The notes: generated from the sequence alone by a model not told the origin. DNA of 64,000 bases from Octopus vulgaris (GCA_951406725.2 OX597823.1:115878001-115942000); one strand, 5' to 3'; positions 1 to 13,215 are shown, counted from the stretch's first letter. Numbers and translations: made by a program.

Positions 1-190
1 AGCACACCGGGCGAAATGCTTAGCGGTATTTCATCTGTCTTATGTTCTGAGTTCAAATTCCGCCAAGGTTGGCTGTGCCTTTCATCCTTTCAGGGTCTAT
101 AAATTAAGTATCAGTTGCATACTGAGGTTGATCAAATTAACTAGACCCCCTTCGCCAAAATTTCAGGCCTTGTGCCTAGAATAGAAAAGA
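1..190 (+). mobile_element. SINE family B copy, cut by the window edge
   Basis: Shares gaaatgcttagcggtatttc...gagttcaaattccgcc...gcctttcatcctttc with many copies in the window. Confidence 0.75.
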
Positions 191-306
191 ATATTGTTAC
201 ATAGGCTCTATTAATAATCAGTATATTTGACACCAACTATATCATTATTAGTTGGAAGTAAACTATAACACACTGGTGGTATATATTATATCTATCTATC
301 TATCTA

Positions 307-364
<58 letters not shown>

Positions 365-367
<3 letters not shown>

Positions 368-1602
368 GATGTGTAAGATATTTGAGGACAGATTTATGTT
401 TGTAAAAAAACATATATAATAACAGATAACTATATTTATCAAAAAATGCTATGAGGATAAAAATAAGCCTTCTTTTCTATAATATTATTCAATAAATAAC
501 CTTCAGCTTCAACGATTGCTTCTACATGAGATCTAAATCGTCTATATGCTCGAATCAAGAGGTCCTGATTCATTTTCGACATTACTCAGACTATGGCAGC
601 TTTCAAAGAATCTTTGGTGTTATGGGCATGTTCATTGATTTCTCTCTCAACAACACTCCACATATAATAGTCCAATGGATTGAGATCTGGGGAATTAGGA
701 AGCCAAATGTTCAGGGTTATGTGACTGTGAAAATCTTCAGCCATCTATTCCTGTATTACTTGAGCCATGTGTGATAGTTCTTACTGAAACACATATGGTA
801 TTCCATTGTATACACTGTCTATCCAGGGCATAACAATTGTTTCCAGGACCTCAGTGTAGGTAACAAAGTTAACTCTAAGGTCTTGTGGAAAGAAGTAAGG
901 CAGCATCAGATGTCCTTCATTGCTGACAATCCCTAAAACCATGACAGTTGCAGGAAATTTTGTATGCATAACACTTGGAATTTCAGAAGGGTCTGCACAT
1001 AACCATTTGCTATTTCTTCTGTTAACTTTTTGATCTTGCTTGAAGTTTTTCTTGTTTGAGAATAACCAAATCAAATCTTCTTCTGCTGGATTTTTCAGTT
1101 TGTTTAAGAACCTTTTAGATCTGATGTAGTGATTTTCTTTTACTTTTTTCAGACAAATTGACTTTTCCTCATCACATAAGACATTTCTGATGACTTCGTG
1201 GACAACACTTCTGACTGTTCCTTCTGACACATGGAGATCTTTTGCAATTGACCTCATAGACTTTCTGGGATTGTAATGAATGGTCTGGATAAATTCAGGT
1301 GTTCTGATGATATCAGAGTGTTTAGAATACTTCTTATGCTTTGATACTGGTGATACATTTCCATCTTCAGTCTCTAGCTCCTTACAAACTTTATAGATGA
1401 AACATCTGGCAACTTTTAAAAATCGAGATATTTCTAAATCGCTATGCCCAGCCTTTATAACCACAATAATAGCATGCCTCTTCATTTCTTGAGTAAGCTG
1501 AGGGTCTGCCATCATTATTTTCTGAAACAAAGATTATGCAGTGTTAGCAAAAAATGCAACGATGACACAAAAAAGTTATGTCCTCAAATCCTCAAATACC
1601 TA
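365..1602 (-). mobile_element. Tc1/mariner DD37D (maT/mori-type) transposon, decayed full-length copy
   Basis: ORF 781-1530 (-) has an HTH region, FSNKKNF (degenerate FSDEK) and TKFPATVMVLG. The frame continues past stops to WLPNSPDLNPLDYYMWSVVE. Left TIR CAGGATGTGTAAGATATTTGAGGACA follows (TA)n; a degenerate right TIR TGTCCTCAAAT starts at 1579. Confidence 0.85.
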
Positions 1603-1865
1603 TACACACCCACACACACACACACACGCACTCATATATATATGTTTACAAAATTTCAACTACTAAAATATGCTTCAAATAACGATTGTAACTACAAATT
1701 GCTGGTATGGTATTAACAATGAAAATATGAAATATTCCCTGTATTTTCCAGTGTATGAGTCAACAGAGTACATAGTTAAACATGCAGAGTGAACTTTCAA
1801 ACATTGTCACTATCTTTCCAAATTTTGCTGCATTTCACATGGAATTTTTAGTCTTGGTGTATAAG

Positions 1866-2141
1866 TGGAGGCACATGGCCTAGTGGTTAGAGCAGTGGAT
1901 TTGCAGTCGTGGGTTCAAATCTCAGACAGGGCGATGTGTGTGTTTATGAGCGAAACACCTAAGCTCTGGCAGAAGGTAATAGCAAACTTCTGCTAACTCT
2001 TTCACCACAACTTTCTCTCACGCTTTCCTCCTGCATCTTGCAGCTCACCTGTGACAAACCAGCATCCAGGTGGGGAACCTATACACCAAGGAAACCAGGA
2101 AACTGGCCCTTATGAGCCAGGCATTGCTCGAGAAGGAACAA
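1866..2141 (+). mobile_element. tRNA-derived SINE family C with 14-bp TSD
   Basis: Box A TGGCCTAGTGG and box B GGTTCAAATC; TSD TCTTGGTGTATAAG at 1852-1865 and 2142-2155; homologous to 6209 and 11068. Confidence 0.9.
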
Positions 2142-2289
2142 TCTTGGTGTATAAGACAACCTACCATTTTTGGCTGTAAATTTTGGTCTGAAAAATTTAA
2201 TTCATATGCCAGAAAATCATCATCATCATCATTTAACGTCCATTTTCCATGCTAGCATGGGTTAGATATTTGTAAACTGTAATATAAAA

Positions 2290-2960
2290 GACATTTTTTC
2301 TTTTTTTGAGATAATAATTTTATTTATTACATATATAACACATATGTATATGATACATATATAATACAAAACCACATTAAAATACAAATCCAAAACCGAA
2401 GAAAATACAAGCATGAGCAAAGAAAGAGAAAACAAAGAAAAAAGAGAAAGAAAGAAAAAGAAAAAAAGAAAAAGAAAGAAAGAAAAAGAAAGAAGCATCA
2501 ATGGAGCACCAAGTGCCTCAATTGGTCACATACCACAAGGTTCAATGGGAACCTACTGAAGCAAGCCAACATGCTTGTGGCATTACCATGGGCAACAGTG
2601 ATACTAAGGCCTTGGAACAGTGAAACACTCTCACAGGCATCCCCTGACACCTCATTAAGATGAGCCTCCAATGATGACAAACCCCTCCAAATGAATCAAA
2701 TGTTCCAGACTGGAAGAAAGTGTTTACTGAGAGGTCCCGATACTTAAAGAGTTTGTTCCATTTGGCTATGGAAGCAGTGACCCTCCTATTTACCGCTGCA
2801 TCCAGAAAGTGGGAGCGAGCAAAGGAGTCACAGACTGTAGTGTCCCAGGTGAGGTACCTACTTCTTAACCTGGGACAAGGTTAAAACCATCTGGTCTCTT
2901 CTTATCATTTCTGAATAATCCTGCCAGCTCCAGAACTGAGGGGATAGCATGGCCCTTAAC
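2290..2960 (-). mobile_element. 3' fragment of a CRE-type non-LTR retrotransposon (restriction-like endonuclease domain)
   Basis: Minus-strand translation with frameshifts gives KRPDGFNLVP..LTWDTTVCDSFA..NKLFKYRDL..LFQGLSITVAHGNA, matching the CRE RPDG/WDxT/QRLSIAxQRGNA pattern. An A-rich tail lies near 2293-2310. Confidence 0.72.
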
Positions 2961-3089
2961 CACAAACTAAATAAACTACTTTAGTTCATTGTGAATTGAA
3001 CTGAGTTACAATGTATGGCTCTTCCCTTGCTTTGTTTTAGTTTTATTTTTATAGTTACAGTATTTTGTTGATAAAGATATTAAACATGA

Positions 3090-3895
3090 TGCAGGCATCG
3101 CTGTGTGGTAAGAAGTTTGGTAAGGCGGCGAGCTGGCAAAAATGTTAATGCACCAGGCGAAATGCTTAACAGTATTTTGTCTGCTGTTACGTTCTGTGTT
3201 CAAATTCCGCCAAGGTCGACTTGGCCTTTCATCCTTTCAGGGTTGATAAATTAAGTACCAGTTATGCACTGGAGTCGATGTAATCGACTTAATCCCTTTG
3301 TCCGTCCTTGTTTGCTTCCCAACTACATGGTTCAAGATTCCCACTAGCTGCGTGGCACCTTGGGCAAATCTCTCCTACTATAGCCTCAGGCCAACCAAAA
3401 CATTATGAGTGGATTTAAAAAGCAAAGTTACCTTCTTGAGTCATGGTGACTCACAAGCGCTGGTTTCCTGGTTTTCATAGCATATAATTTCCCCACCAGT
3501 CTGTTACAGGATTACTTATTTGTGCCAGCTGAGTGGACTGGAGAGGTGTTTGGCTGAAGAACACAATACGTCACCCCAGTCCAGGAATCAAAACCTCAAT
3601 CTTGTGATCACGAGTTCAGCACCCTAACTACTAAGCCACGTACTTCCACATGAGTGGACTTGGTAGATGGAAACTCAAAGAAGCTCATCATGTATGTGTC
3701 CCACTACACAACTTGAAATCTAGTGTTGCTTTGTCTATATCCTTGTAACTTAGTGGTTCAACAAAAAAAACTGATAGAATAAGTACCAGGCTTAAAAGCA
3801 GTGCTGGGGTCAATTCATTTGACTAAAAACTCTTCAAGGCAGTGCCCCAGCATAGCCTCAGTCTAATGACCAAAACAAGTGAAAGATAAAAGATC
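3090..3895 (+). mobile_element. Nested SINE cluster: family A host with family B (3123-3315,+) and a tRNA SINE (3417-3649,-) inserted
   Basis: The family A sequence resumes colinearly after each insert; TSD ATGAGTGGA at 3405-3413 and 3650-3658. Confidence 0.8.
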
Positions 3896-4024
3896 TTAGA
3901 TCCCAAATCGATTTGCACCTGCCTAGGCCCCTCTGTAGGCAACTCAATGTTTATTGTCTCAGTTTTACCTTCAGTTTACGTTATTTTCAGTCCTACAGTT
4001 TTCTTTACCTATTTTATTTCACAG

Positions 4025-4154
4025 CAAGAAAGACGTCTGGATCTTGTAACCATCACACATCCAACTAATTTAAAGAAACCTCAGAAACAAAGGATGGTAT
4101 TTATTACCGCTCGTGTCCATCCAGGAGAAACACCATCATCATTTGTTTGTCAAG
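4025..4154 (+). CDS. AGBL4: Internal coding exon of a cytosolic carboxypeptidase (M14 family, AGBL4/CCP6-like)
   Basis: Polypyrimidine tract and tttcacAG acceptor (ends 4024), caag|GTAAAT donor (4155); 130 bp. Translation QERRLDLVTITHPTNLKKPQKQRMVFITARVHPGETPSSFVCQG contains the CCP zinc-binding motif RVHPGE. The RRLDL.TIT and TPSSFVCQG flanks match my recollection of AGBL4. Confidence 0.88.
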
Positions 4155-6059
4155 GTAAATGTCACTTACCTAACTTTATGTTTTCTCATCTTTTCCTATT
4201 GTCGTACTTTATCAACTCCTTTTATTATTATCATCATTAATCAAGGAGTTGGATAATGCATTTATCGAATGGGGTTATATGTTTAAAATCTCAATTTAGG
4301 CCTGTAAGCTTATATAATTGCTGTTTGCTCTCATAAATTACAATATAAATAGCAAAGCTAAAAATATTCTAGTAATTCATTATCACAAAAAAAAAAAAAA
4401 TTATAATTGGTATGAAAACTGGATTACTTTTTATGTGAAGGTATCTAGATTTCATCTGTCTATTATCAAATTAATAAATTGATCATCAGATCTAATTTCT
4501 CTCTATCAGATTCATTAAAAATATTTTTATGAAATAACTTTCACTATTTGACTTTATGGTCTCATTTGAGAAGTATTTTTTCTTTTATGATAATATTAGA
4601 TTCCTCAAGACAAATTTAAGACATATCGTAACTTTTTCTGCTCATAGCTAAAATATACCTGTTAAGCTTCCGCTTGTCATTGTAAAGATATATTCTGACA
4701 TTCTTTCCTCATAACTAAAGCAAATGTTCATTTTCTTTTCTTGTAACTATTTTACATCAGCTTCCTCGTCTCACAGCTAAGACAAATCTCTTTATCTTTA
4801 AGCAACAAATAATTCTAATACCTCAAAGTTCAAATGTGAAGTGCTATAAAGTATTTTAATGGAGAGATAATAATAATTTCTTGTGACTAAGCCAGTTTTC
4901 CTAAGAGAAGGTGTGTAGATTGAATAAAATCCAGTGTTCAGTGTTTTATTTATTTTATGGAGTGTTCGATGATGGAAGACAAAGTCACCTGAAGCAGGAG
5001 TGGAACTAAGAACACAGAATGATAAGGAGGAAGCATTGTGATTTAGCACCACACCGTTTCTTTCTATTTATCATATTAACTATAACACTATGTAGTCTTC
5101 CAGGCATAAAAGACAATAATGGCATTCCTCAGTTTATTACCCAAATTGTCTGCAAAATTATGGGCATAATACTATGCAAGTAATTAACAAATACTGCTCA
5201 TTGATGACTCCTGTTCCTATAATTTAGTCACATCTGTTTGTTTCTTCACAATTTTGTAGGACTATTGACCTACATATGTTGTTGAAGCAAATCAATTTTA
5301 AATGATAGTCACAAATAACTATGTTATTGTAGGAAACAGCCATGGGGATTTGACCACAATATCTTTGAGTTGCCCTACCTACAAATATAGAAACTGCTGT
5401 ATCTGTATGTATTTATACTATAAACATAATTGATATCTCATAAGTTATAATGCTGCAGCCAGAAACAGATATATTTACAATGCAAAACTGGTTCCATTCA
5501 ATAATATTGATAATATTAAATTATCTGGCAAATAATTTGTAAGAACATTCTAATACAACTCATTCTGACTCTATCTTGCACCATAAAACCAAGCGCATAA
5601 ATAGAGGTGACACAGATAATAATGATTTACCCACTCATTTCTATGTTTGTGTCTGTATGTTTAACATAAAAGTCAAACTGTTGGTCAACAACATAGAGTT
5701 TACTAAACATTTATATCTGTACAGAGAATCTCTTACCAAATATCATTGCTGGAATTATTATTCTTTTCCATCCTAACACTGCATTATGATTATTATTTCT
5801 ATAGTTGTTGTTGTTGCTACTATTAAAGTGGTAAGGTGGCAGACTCAGTAGAGCATTGCAAAACATGCTTTGTGGTCTTTGTTCTAGCTCTTTATTTATG
5901 AAGTTCAAATCCTGCTGAGGTCAATTTTGCCTTTCGTTCATTCAGGGTCAATAACATAAAGTACCAGTGAATTAGAAGCGTTGACGTAACTGACTTTCCT
6001 CACTCCTCAAAATTGCTGACCATCTTCAAAAATGTGGAATTGTTATTCCAATTATTGGA

Positions 6060-7027
6060 TTGATGGAACCATTAGGCAGTGAAACATGAGCTGTGACTGC
6101 CAAGGACATGCTTAGGCTTGAAAGAAATGAAGCTTCACTGGATGTGCAATGTCAGCATGCATGTATGACAGAGTGTAAGCATCTTGAAAGAAAAGATAGG
6201 CATAAGAATGGAGGCACATGGCCTAGTGGTTAGAGCAGCAGACTCGCAGTCGAGGGATCATGGGTTCGAATCTCAGACCGGGCGACGTGTGTATTTATGA
6301 GCGAAACACCTTAGCCCCACGTGGCTCCGGCAGAAGGTAATGGCTAACTTCTGCTGACTCTTTCGCCACAACTTTCTCTCATTCTTTCCTCCTGCATCTT
6401 GCAGCTCACCTGTGATGGAACGGCTTCCTGTCCAGGTGGGGAACCTATACACCAAGGAAACCGGGAAACCGGCCCTATGAGCCAGGTGTGGCTCGAGAAG
6501 GAAAAAACATAGGCATAAGAAGCCTCAGATGTGGTGTGCAAGGGAGACGACTGCTCTGGTAGGGTCATGTGATGCGAATGGATGAGGAGAGCTGTGGGAG
6601 GAGGTGCTATGGAGGGAACCCGTGGAAGAGGTAAATCCAGGAAGACATGAGATGAGGTGGTGAAACATGATCTTCAAATGTTGGGCCTCACAGAGGCAAT
6701 GACTAGTGATCCTGACCTTTGGCAATATGCCGTGTTCGAGAAGCCCTGTCAAGCCAAGTGAAATCGTAATCATGGCAAATGCTGGTGTCACATGACTGGA
6801 ACCCATGCCAGTGGCATGTAAGAACTCTCATTACACTCTTGGAGTGATTGGCATTAGGAAGGGCATCCAGTCATAGAAACCATGCCAAATCAGACTGGTG
6901 TCTGATGCAGCCCCTCAGCTTTCCAGCTCTGGTCAAACCGTTCAACCCTTGCCAGCATGGACAACAGATGTTTGATGATGATAATGATGATGACGATGAG
7001 GCGGATGAAGATGATGATGATGATGAT
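6060..7027 (+). mobile_element. RTE-clade LINE 3' end with (GAT)n tail, interrupted by a SINE
   Basis: Decayed translation ET*AVTAKDMLRLERNE...GHVMRMDEES...TRGRGKSRKT*DEVVKHDLQMLGL, followed by the 3' segment ggcattaggaagggcatccag and (GAT)n. Confidence 0.75.
6209..6508 (+). mobile_element. tRNA-derived SINE family C with 13-bp TSD
   Basis: Box A TGGCCTAGTGG and box B GGTTCGAATC; TSD ATAGGCATAAGAA at 6196-6208 and 6509-6521. Confidence 0.9.
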
Positions 7028-7466
7028 TAGAACATTAAAAAACAAAAATGCTTTGCAAATATTCTGATTGTTCAAATTACTAGATTGTACCCTATCAAGT
7101 ACCATTACTCCAGAGTCTTTTGGAAGAATCTTTTTTGGCCTACTTTATTAATGATTGCACAGATATGGCACTGCCTTTCGCTTCTGACTTCTTTTCTTAA
7201 ACAATGAGAATATGATGCGCTTGTGGCAAAAATCACGTGGAGAGCAAAGAACATGAAGAAGACCGGTGACAGTTGTACAATAGTGAATGCTGGAAATTTT
7301 AACAAAGCACTGACAACTGCAACACTCAAAAAGTCCACCCACCAAGAATTGCCTTTACCACAGCAAAAACAAAACAAATTGAAACATCAGCAAGTAAACT
7401 AAATAATCAACAAAAACAAAATCTTTCCGCAACATAGCAGAATGATAAACAATATAAATTATTAAT

Positions 7467-7865
7467 AGCAGGAGTGGCTGTGTGGTAAGTAGCTTGCTTA
7501 CAAACCACATGGTTCCAGGTTCAGTCCCACTGCATGGCACCTTAGGCAAGTGTCTTCAACTATAGCCTCGGGCCAACCAAAGCCTTGTGAGTGGATTTGT
7601 TAGACAGAAACTGAAAGAAGCCTGTCGTATATATGTATGTGTACATATATGTGTGTGTTTGTGTGTCTGTGTTTGTCCCCCCAACATCGCTTGACAACTG
7701 ATGCTGGTGTGTTTATGTCCCCGTAATTTAGCGGTTCGGTAAAAGAGACCAATAGAATAAGTACCAGGCTTACAAAGAATAAGTCCTGGGGTTGATTTGC
7801 TCGACTAAAGGCAGTGCTCTAGCATGGCCGCAGTCAAATGACTGAAACAAGTAAAAGAGTAAAGC
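7467..7865 (+). mobile_element. SINE family A (~400 bp, tRNA-like head, internal TA/TG microsatellite, GTAAAAGA tail)
   Basis: gcaggagtggctgtgtggtaag...ggttcagtcccactg...tgactgaaacaagtaaaagag; roughly 15 or more full or partial copies in the window. Confidence 0.85.
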
Positions 7866-8517
7866 CAAAATTAATAATGCTCTTTTCTTAAATTGGTGTC
7901 AGGCCAGAAAATTATTGTGCCTATAGTGCAATTTGAACTCAGAATGTTAAGGGTTGTTATCAAATACTGTGAAATATCAATGAATTAGAATTTGCACATT
8001 AATCAGAAGAAAATATTGAAGATTGAAAAAAAATGAAAAATATTAAGTTTCACGTCTTAGTTTGTTAAGAAGTTGATAAAATATTTTAGAATGAAAGTGA
8101 AAGTAAATTCTTATATTGAACATTGTTGTTGCTGTTGTTACTATTGATGTTGCTGCTTTTCTGTGGAGATGGGTAGGGTCTGCTTAATATTCTTTATGAA
8201 AAATTTAGGAGAAAAAAATGTTTTAAGTAAATTTCCAATTCCCAATGTGAGTTAGCTGCCATTAAAATATGTTAAGTGTAGCATGGAGAAATGAATTTGT
8301 AATTTCTATAAAAGTTTATTGACTTTACAAAAACCTGAATATAACTTTGTAAACAGTGTTGTCATCTATTGACTGAGCTGTTTTTTTTTTAACCCCTTAC
8401 ATACCCCAACCTTCTCTATGTCTGTCTCTACTGATTTTCTTACTTTGGAAATTTGTACACACACAAATAAATTAAGATATTTTTTCAATAGAAAGAAAAA
8501 GATTATTTTATCATTTT

Positions 8518-8553
<36 letters not shown>

Positions 8554-8882
8554 TTGTAAATTTTTGTTATATTTTTAAAACTAAGTGTAAACTTTATCAT
8601 TTCTCAGGTGACTAAGTAGTGTTAGTTAGATCTATTATAAAATGCACAGTTCACCAGTTCAGTGAAGTTCTAATTCACTCTCGGCCTTTTGATAAATTTT
8701 CCACTAATCCTGATCACATTCGTTTTTGAATACTCCGGAAAACCAAGTGGACTGAATAATTCATTAAAGTGTTATTAACAATGTTATTGTTTGTTTTGTT
8801 TTGTTCTGACTTTTTAGTTAAAGGAATAAACACTGAGAAATTCTGTAGTATTTTTAAATAATAATAATAATAATTTTTTGTC

Positions 8883-8915
<33 letters not shown>

Positions 8916-9215
8916 TACTTTATTTTCGTATAGTTCCAAGGAGATTTAAGACCTAAATTTAATAGAGAGAATAATGGTGTGTTTGATTAATATTGAAAAG
9001 AGTTTTGTGAATAAATGTCTGATCAACTCTAATTTAAATAGAAAACCAAAAAGAAGCAAATCTTTTTTTGTGTTTCTATTTTGATTGTTGCTTGTGATTT
9101 TATTGTTTCAGTTTTGGCATTTCTTGTTGAACTTCGTCAAAAACTAAAACTGGAAAAAACAAAACAAAACAAAAAACGCTTCACCAGTGACAGAAGAATA
9201 TTCTGTTTCAGATAG

Positions 9216-10649
9216 ACACCTCCTTGTCCAAGGAAATGCGAATCTGCATATTTGCCTGACCAAGTAAAAGTGTGGTAAATGATAGCTTCAGTTATTGAGC
9301 TCATGTGCATGGTGTGATGTGGGTGCATTATATCACAAAGGTTTTTTTTTAGATTTCAAGTTACATTTATATTGACATGACATCATGTAAGAAATTGAAT
9401 TCTACTGTTTTAAGAAATAGAACTAATTTTGGATCTGGCCTCTCACACCGAACCTACAATGTCATTCTAAAAGTAAACAATCATATTATCAAAATCTGAA
9501 AGAGACAAGATAATGCTCAATTAATTTATAAATAAGAATGAAACACATCAGAAAGAGATGAAACACGGAAAGAAAGTGCTGCAGCCATTTTTGAATTAAA
9601 CAGAGGAAAAAACTGGCGTGGTACCTTGGGCAAGTGTCTTCTACTATAGCTTCGGGCCGACCAAAGCCTTGTGACTGGATTTGGTAGACAGAAACTGAAA
9701 GAAGCCTGTCGTATATATGTGTGTGTGTATGTGTGTGTGTATATGTTTGCATGTCTGTGTTTGTCCCCCAACATCGCTTGACAACCGATGCTGGTGTGTT
9801 TACTTCCCCATAACTTAGCGGTTCAGCAGAGGAACCTGATAGAATAAGCACTAGGCCTACAAAGAATAAGTCCTGGGGTCGATTTGCTCGACTTAAAGGC
9901 GGTGCTCCAGTATGGCCAGTCAAATGACTGAAACAAGTTAAAGAGTAAAAGAATAATAAGCATCACATTTGACAGAAATAATCTGAATTCTAAAGAATTA
10001 ATACCTTTTATTTTGAAAAAAATTGTAAATTTTGTAAAATACTTGTGTTTTGATAATTTGGTCTTCTTCCACCTCCTCTCTTCTTCTCCTCTTCCTCCTC
10101 CTCCTCCTTCTTCTTCTTCCATTATTTTACTCTCCTACATAGAAGCCTGTCATAGTTATAATATCTTGTGTTGAATAGTGTCTTCTTGTTTCCCTTGATA
10201 CCAACACCTCCTTGTCCAAGGAAATGCGAATCTGCATATTTGCCTGACCAAGTAAAAGTGTGGTAAATGATAGCTTCAGTTATTGAGCTCATGTGCATGT
10301 GTGATGTGCTGCATTATATCACAAAGGTTTTTTTTTTATTTCAAGTTACATTTATATTGACATGACATCATGTAAGAAATTGAATGGCTGTGAAGAAATA
10401 GAACTAATTTTTTATTCAAAACTAAAACTAAAAAAAAACTCAAGATACGATGAAAATGTTTATGAGGAGGAGGAGGAATTTGTTTCTGATGATTTGATGA
10501 TAAATAAGAATGAAAGACATCAGAAAGAGATGAAACACGGAAAGAAAGTGCTGCAGCCATTTTTGACTTAAACAAAGGAAAAAACCAGCAAAGGCTAGTG
10601 ATGGGAATAAGAAAACTTTTAGCCTTGGGCTGACCAAAGCCTTGTGACT
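9216..10649 (+). repeat. Local direct duplication, 9216-9676 versus 10204-10649, with non-alignable inner segments
   Basis: Near-identical blocks acacctccttgtccaagg...gaactaatttt and taaataagaatgaaa...aggaaaaaac occur in both copies. Confidence 0.9.
9617..9952 (+). mobile_element. SINE family A, 5'-truncated
   Basis: Matches the family A consensus from ccttgggcaagtgtc to the tail. Confidence 0.8.
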
Positions 10650-11067
10650 TCATGGCAAATGTAGGGGTTCAAGATGAGGATTTGAATACGAATTCAACAT
10701 TATATGGATGTTTGTAAGAATTTCTTACACGGAATCCAATACAAAACATTACACATGGATGTGTGTCGGTGTTTGTCCCCACACCACCCACTGTTCGTCA
10801 ACCGGTGTTAGCGTGTTTATGTCCTTGTAACTTAGCAGTTCAGCAACAGGGACCACTAGAATAAGTGCCAGGCTTGGAAAAAAGTATTGGGGTCAATTCA
10901 TCCAACTGAAAATTTCCTCAAACATGTGCCCCAGTAGCAGCAGTTTAATGAGTAAAACAAATAAACAAAGCACAGTTGTGACATACATTTTTATAACGTT
11001 CTTTTAAAGACTGGTCCATTAGTGGCAGAGCAGAAAATAAAATATTATGTGAGGTTACAGTAGGATA

Positions 11068-11371
11068 GTGGAGGCACATAGCCTAGTGGTTAGAGCAGCG
11101 GACTCGTGGTCAAGGGATCGCGTGTTCGAATCTCGGACTGGGTGATGTGTATGTTTATGAGCGAAACACCTAAGTTCCACGCGGCTCCGTCAGAAGGTAA
11201 TGGTGAACTTCTACTGACTCTTTCACCACAACTTTCTCTCACTCTTTCCTCCTGCATCTTGCAGCTTACCTCCGACGGACCGGCGTCCCATCCAGGTGGG
11301 GAACCTATACGCCAATGAAACTGGGAAACTGGCCCTTATGAGCCAGTCATGGTTCGAGAATGAACAAGCAA
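11068..11371 (+). mobile_element. tRNA-derived SINE family C with 11-bp TSD
   Basis: Box A/B head; TSD ACAGTAGGATA at 11057-11067 and 11372-11382. Confidence 0.9.
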
Positions 11372-11741
11372 ACAGTAGGATAACAAATCCAAATAGATTC
11401 AACATCCCCCAAACATTGGAAAGTGGAGTTCTGGCAAAAATATTTAACCAAAAGGCAGACCGTCTCCTCCTTTTCATCATCAGCATCTGTGTTACCATTT
11501 TTGTTTTTCTTGTCATTCTCAAACATTGTAATCATTATACCAGTAATTACTGTTTAAATATGGTCAATAGGAATTGTAGTTTCTTTGTCATGTGGCTAAT
11601 AATCTTTCAGAACTAATTTCTTTTAAGTTAAAATATAATGTGCATCTCACTGTATACCTTGATTGTGACTATTTATATAGATATATATGAATATCCACAC
11701 ATATGCATGTATGTATGTATGTATGTATGTATGTATGTATA

Positions 11742-12982
11742 TTAGGTTGGCAACTAAGTTAGTTCCCAGCATTTTTTTAGATTTAAAATTTTTTGAAAGG
11801 CTTAATAAAAAGTAACAACTAATTAATCAATAATGTATTCACCCTAGTTGTTTACTACTTCTTCCTAACGTTCAACAAGATTTTCAATACCTCGCTGGTA
11901 GAAATCAGGCGATTTTGACTCGAAAAATTGATCCAACCAATCTCTCAATTCTGCATCAGTATTGAACAAAACTCCGCACATAGCATTTGAAAGAGATCGA
12001 AAGATGTGGAAATCTATTGATGCCAAATCAGGAGAGTACGGCAGGTGTGACAGCACTTCCCACCCATGCGTTTGGATGGCTTCCTTGGTCATATTGGTGA
12101 TAGAGGGCGCACGTTGTCGTGCAGTAGAAGAACTCCATGCTAATGATTATGTTTTTTTCTCTTGAATAGCCATGTTGAGTCATTCCATCTGTTGAATATA
12201 GAGTTCCACGTTGACCGTTTGGGTCCGTTTAAGCAATTAGTAATGGATAATCCCTTTCCCAGTCCTACCATACGCACAACATCATTTTATGCAGATGAAG
12301 ATCTTGTTTCACGCGTGGCATCGCTTGTTTATCAGGGCTAAGCCATTCCTTACGCTGCTTCGTATCGATGTACAAGCACCATTTTTCGTTGCCAGTAACA
12401 ATTCGGTAAAGAAATCGTTGCTTGTGATTTGTTATCACTTAAAGCATGCAGAACCCATGCTCCATACTTCTGAACCTTTCCCATCGGTTGAAGATGCTTC
12501 TCTATAGCAGTGTGGGAGCATTCCATTTTCTCTGCCAGTTCCCTTGCTGTTTGACAAGAATTTTCGTGCAAAAGTTGGTTTAATTGCTCTTCATTGAACT
12601 CAACTGGACGACCAGGACGAAATGTGTCTTTGAGGTCAAAATTTCTACTTTTGAACTTGGCATACCAATCACGAGCGGTTCTTTCAGCTATGGCACCCTC
12701 TCCATACACAGCACAAATGTTGTGAGCAGCTTTTGCAGCCTTAGAACCTTGATTAAAAGCAAAAAGAAGGAGGTGCCAAAAATGCTCATTTTTCTTAACT
12801 TGACATTCCATTTTAATGATCTGAAAATAAACAAAAATTAACTGAAATTAACTAGAAAAAAAAAAAAAAAGATTCCAAAATGATTCAAAAATAGAATTCT
12901 TGAAAAAAATAGATTCCAAAATTTAAAAACACAATAAATTCCAAAATTTAAAAAAATGGCAGGAACTTAGTTGCCAACCCAA
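11742..12982 (-). mobile_element. Mariner (DD34D) transposon, full length (1241 bp), transposase disrupted
   Basis: TIRs TTAGGTTGGCAACTAAGTT and AACTTAGTTGCCAACCCAA, each flanked by TA. ORF pieces: EHFWHLLLFAF..RPGRP..WVLHAL, HDNVRP (near 12105-12121) and YSPDLASIDFHIFRSL. Confidence 0.93.
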
Positions 12983-12998
12983 TAGATATATATACACA

Positions 12999-13215
12999 CA
13001 AGGAGGCGCTGAAAAGCTCCTGAATTGGGGTAAACGAAAATACAGGAGGATCAGTTGATTATGATTTTATTCAACATATTTCCCTCTCACATTCACACAC
13101 TTGTTGCAGCAGTCCTTCAGTTTTTCTAAGCCCTGTAAAAGAACTCTAAAGGTTGGGCTGCCAACCAAGCCTTTCGCCATACCCTTAAAGCTAGGAACTT
13201 TTCACCCTGCCCTCA
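12999..13215. mobile_element. Mariner-type MITE (~220 bp)
   Basis: Degenerate TIRs (GCTGAAAAGCTCC / GGAACTTTTCA); a homologous copy lies at 47307-47526. Confidence 0.7.

Noticed and set aside
3947-4240. 97-aa ORF as a complete gene
   Set aside because: Only 4025-4154 is bounded by splice sites and homologous to a carboxypeptidase; the flanks are intronic read-through.
6209-6285. tRNA gene
   Set aside because: The A and B boxes belong to a SINE head followed by a body, tail and TSD; no complete cloverleaf acceptor stem is seen.
7100-7400. Coding-looking unique stretch
   Set aside because: No recognisable motif or splice boundaries in the frames read.
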